Assembly: GCA_003427395.1 (NCBI GenBank)
Contig: BFEA01000043.1
Coordinates: forward strand, 4,610,749 to 4,674,312
Source of the DNA: Chara braunii
Taxonomy: Eukaryota; Plantae; Charophyceae
Direction: 5' to 3'
DNA: 63,564 nt
Below, piece by piece: positions 1 through 63,564 of the stretch. The notes below the pieces were generated by a model, which worked only from the letters and a program-made list of their open reading frames with translations, was not told the origin of the DNA and ran no database searches. The translations under genes were made by a program, and so were the position numbers. Positions within the stretch are counted from its first letter, which is position 1, and the number at the start of each line of letters is the position of its first letter.

Positions 1-514
1 TTTTTTTTTTTTTTTTAAATCAAAAGTTTTCCTCGCCCGTAACATTGTGTTTTTTGTTTTGTTTTTGTTTTTCCTTTCTTTTTTGTGCTTTTCCACGAAT
101 CTCTTCTCCTACTTCTTTCCTCTCTCTCCCTCTCTCCCTCTCCCTCTTTCCCTCTTCCCCTCTTTCCCTCTCTCCCTCTCTCCCTCTCTTTCTCTTTCTC
201 TCTCCCTATCTCTCTCTCCGTCTGCATATTGGGGGCAGAACTGCGCAGAAAGACGCGGTGGAAGCGACCTCGGGACGAACAGGGAATATTGCCTAAATTG
301 GAAAGAGAGTACAGAAGTTTGCCGGCAGAACGGAGCGCAGCAATTTCCTAAACCGGAAAGAGAAACTACCGCGGACGGGGAGCGCACCATTTACCAGAAG
401 AGGAGGTAGCACTTTCCTAAAGCGTCTGTCTGTCTGTTCGATCTTTTCCTCAACAAGCAATTTCCAAAAGGAGCAAGTGCCTTCTGAGTATTCATTCGAG
501 GAGCAAGTGCCAAA

Positions 515-62919
<62,405 letters not shown>

Positions 62920-63429
62920 GTAAGTGGAGAGCGACGCCACGAAGTCACTGGGCTCCCATGTTGCTCGGTTAACTCTTGCGACTCTGTGATCTCGTGTGTG
63001 TGGGACTTCATGACACCCTTGTCTGCCACGACGCCACCAAGTCACTGGTCTCCCATGTTGCTCGGTTAACTCTTGCGACTCTGTGATCTCATGTGATCCC
63101 GCACAGGCACGGTTTTTGGATGAAGGGTGCTTGAAGTGGGCAGTTAAAGAAAAAAAGAACAAGCAAAGAAAGATATCAAAATCTATGGGCAGTGTAATGA
63201 TGGAAAGGAGTTGGATATGACAACGTAATGCGAATTCAATATCCATGGGTGGGCCACCTTTAGGAACTTCATAAGTGAGTGATGTAACGACTGTCAGGCA
63301 ACCGCCAGAGAGGAAAGCACATAAAACGGACAGCATTTGTTAGTCAGGCAATCCAAGATCTTCTGTTTAGAGTCTCTAGAATGATCTTTAAAAGGGAAAA
63401 TCAAAGAGCTGAATGCTAAATGCTTCCTC

Positions 63430-63487
<58 letters not shown>

Positions 63488-63518
63488 GTGTGTATGTGTG
63501 TGTGAGAGAGAGAGAAAG

Positions 63519-63564
<46 letters not shown>

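Overview
Eukaryotic, plant-lineage genomic DNA with GT-AG introns, plant-type U6 sequence, an interstitial TTTAGGG tract, many microsatellites and N-gaps. Very long repeat-filled introns suggest a streptophyte alga such as a charophyte, but this is inference. The window lies inside one + strand gene, a tomosyn / lethal-giant-larvae / STXBP5-like WD40 protein. I read 15 phase-consistent coding exons (515-62919, 2736 nt, 912 codons); the gene continues past the right edge. About 95% of the window is intron filled with short non-autonomous elements: TA-TSD Tc1/mariner-type MITEs, 3-bp-TSD Harbinger-type MITEs, 8-bp-TSD hAT-like elements, TTAA-flanked elements, two tRNA-headed SINE families and minisatellites. 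Two things stand out. (1) A dispersed short element carries a hammerhead ribozyme in type III topology, sits in (TA)n, forms 206- and 332-nt tandem units and head-to-head inverted pairs, and may keep a remnant of a Penelope-type GIY-YIG C-terminus. (2) About nine degenerate U6 snRNA-derived copies or fragments lie within 41 kb. Apart from ORFs overlapping the tomosyn exons, the long ORFs in the supplied track are low-complexity or gap artefacts, or have no recognisable product.
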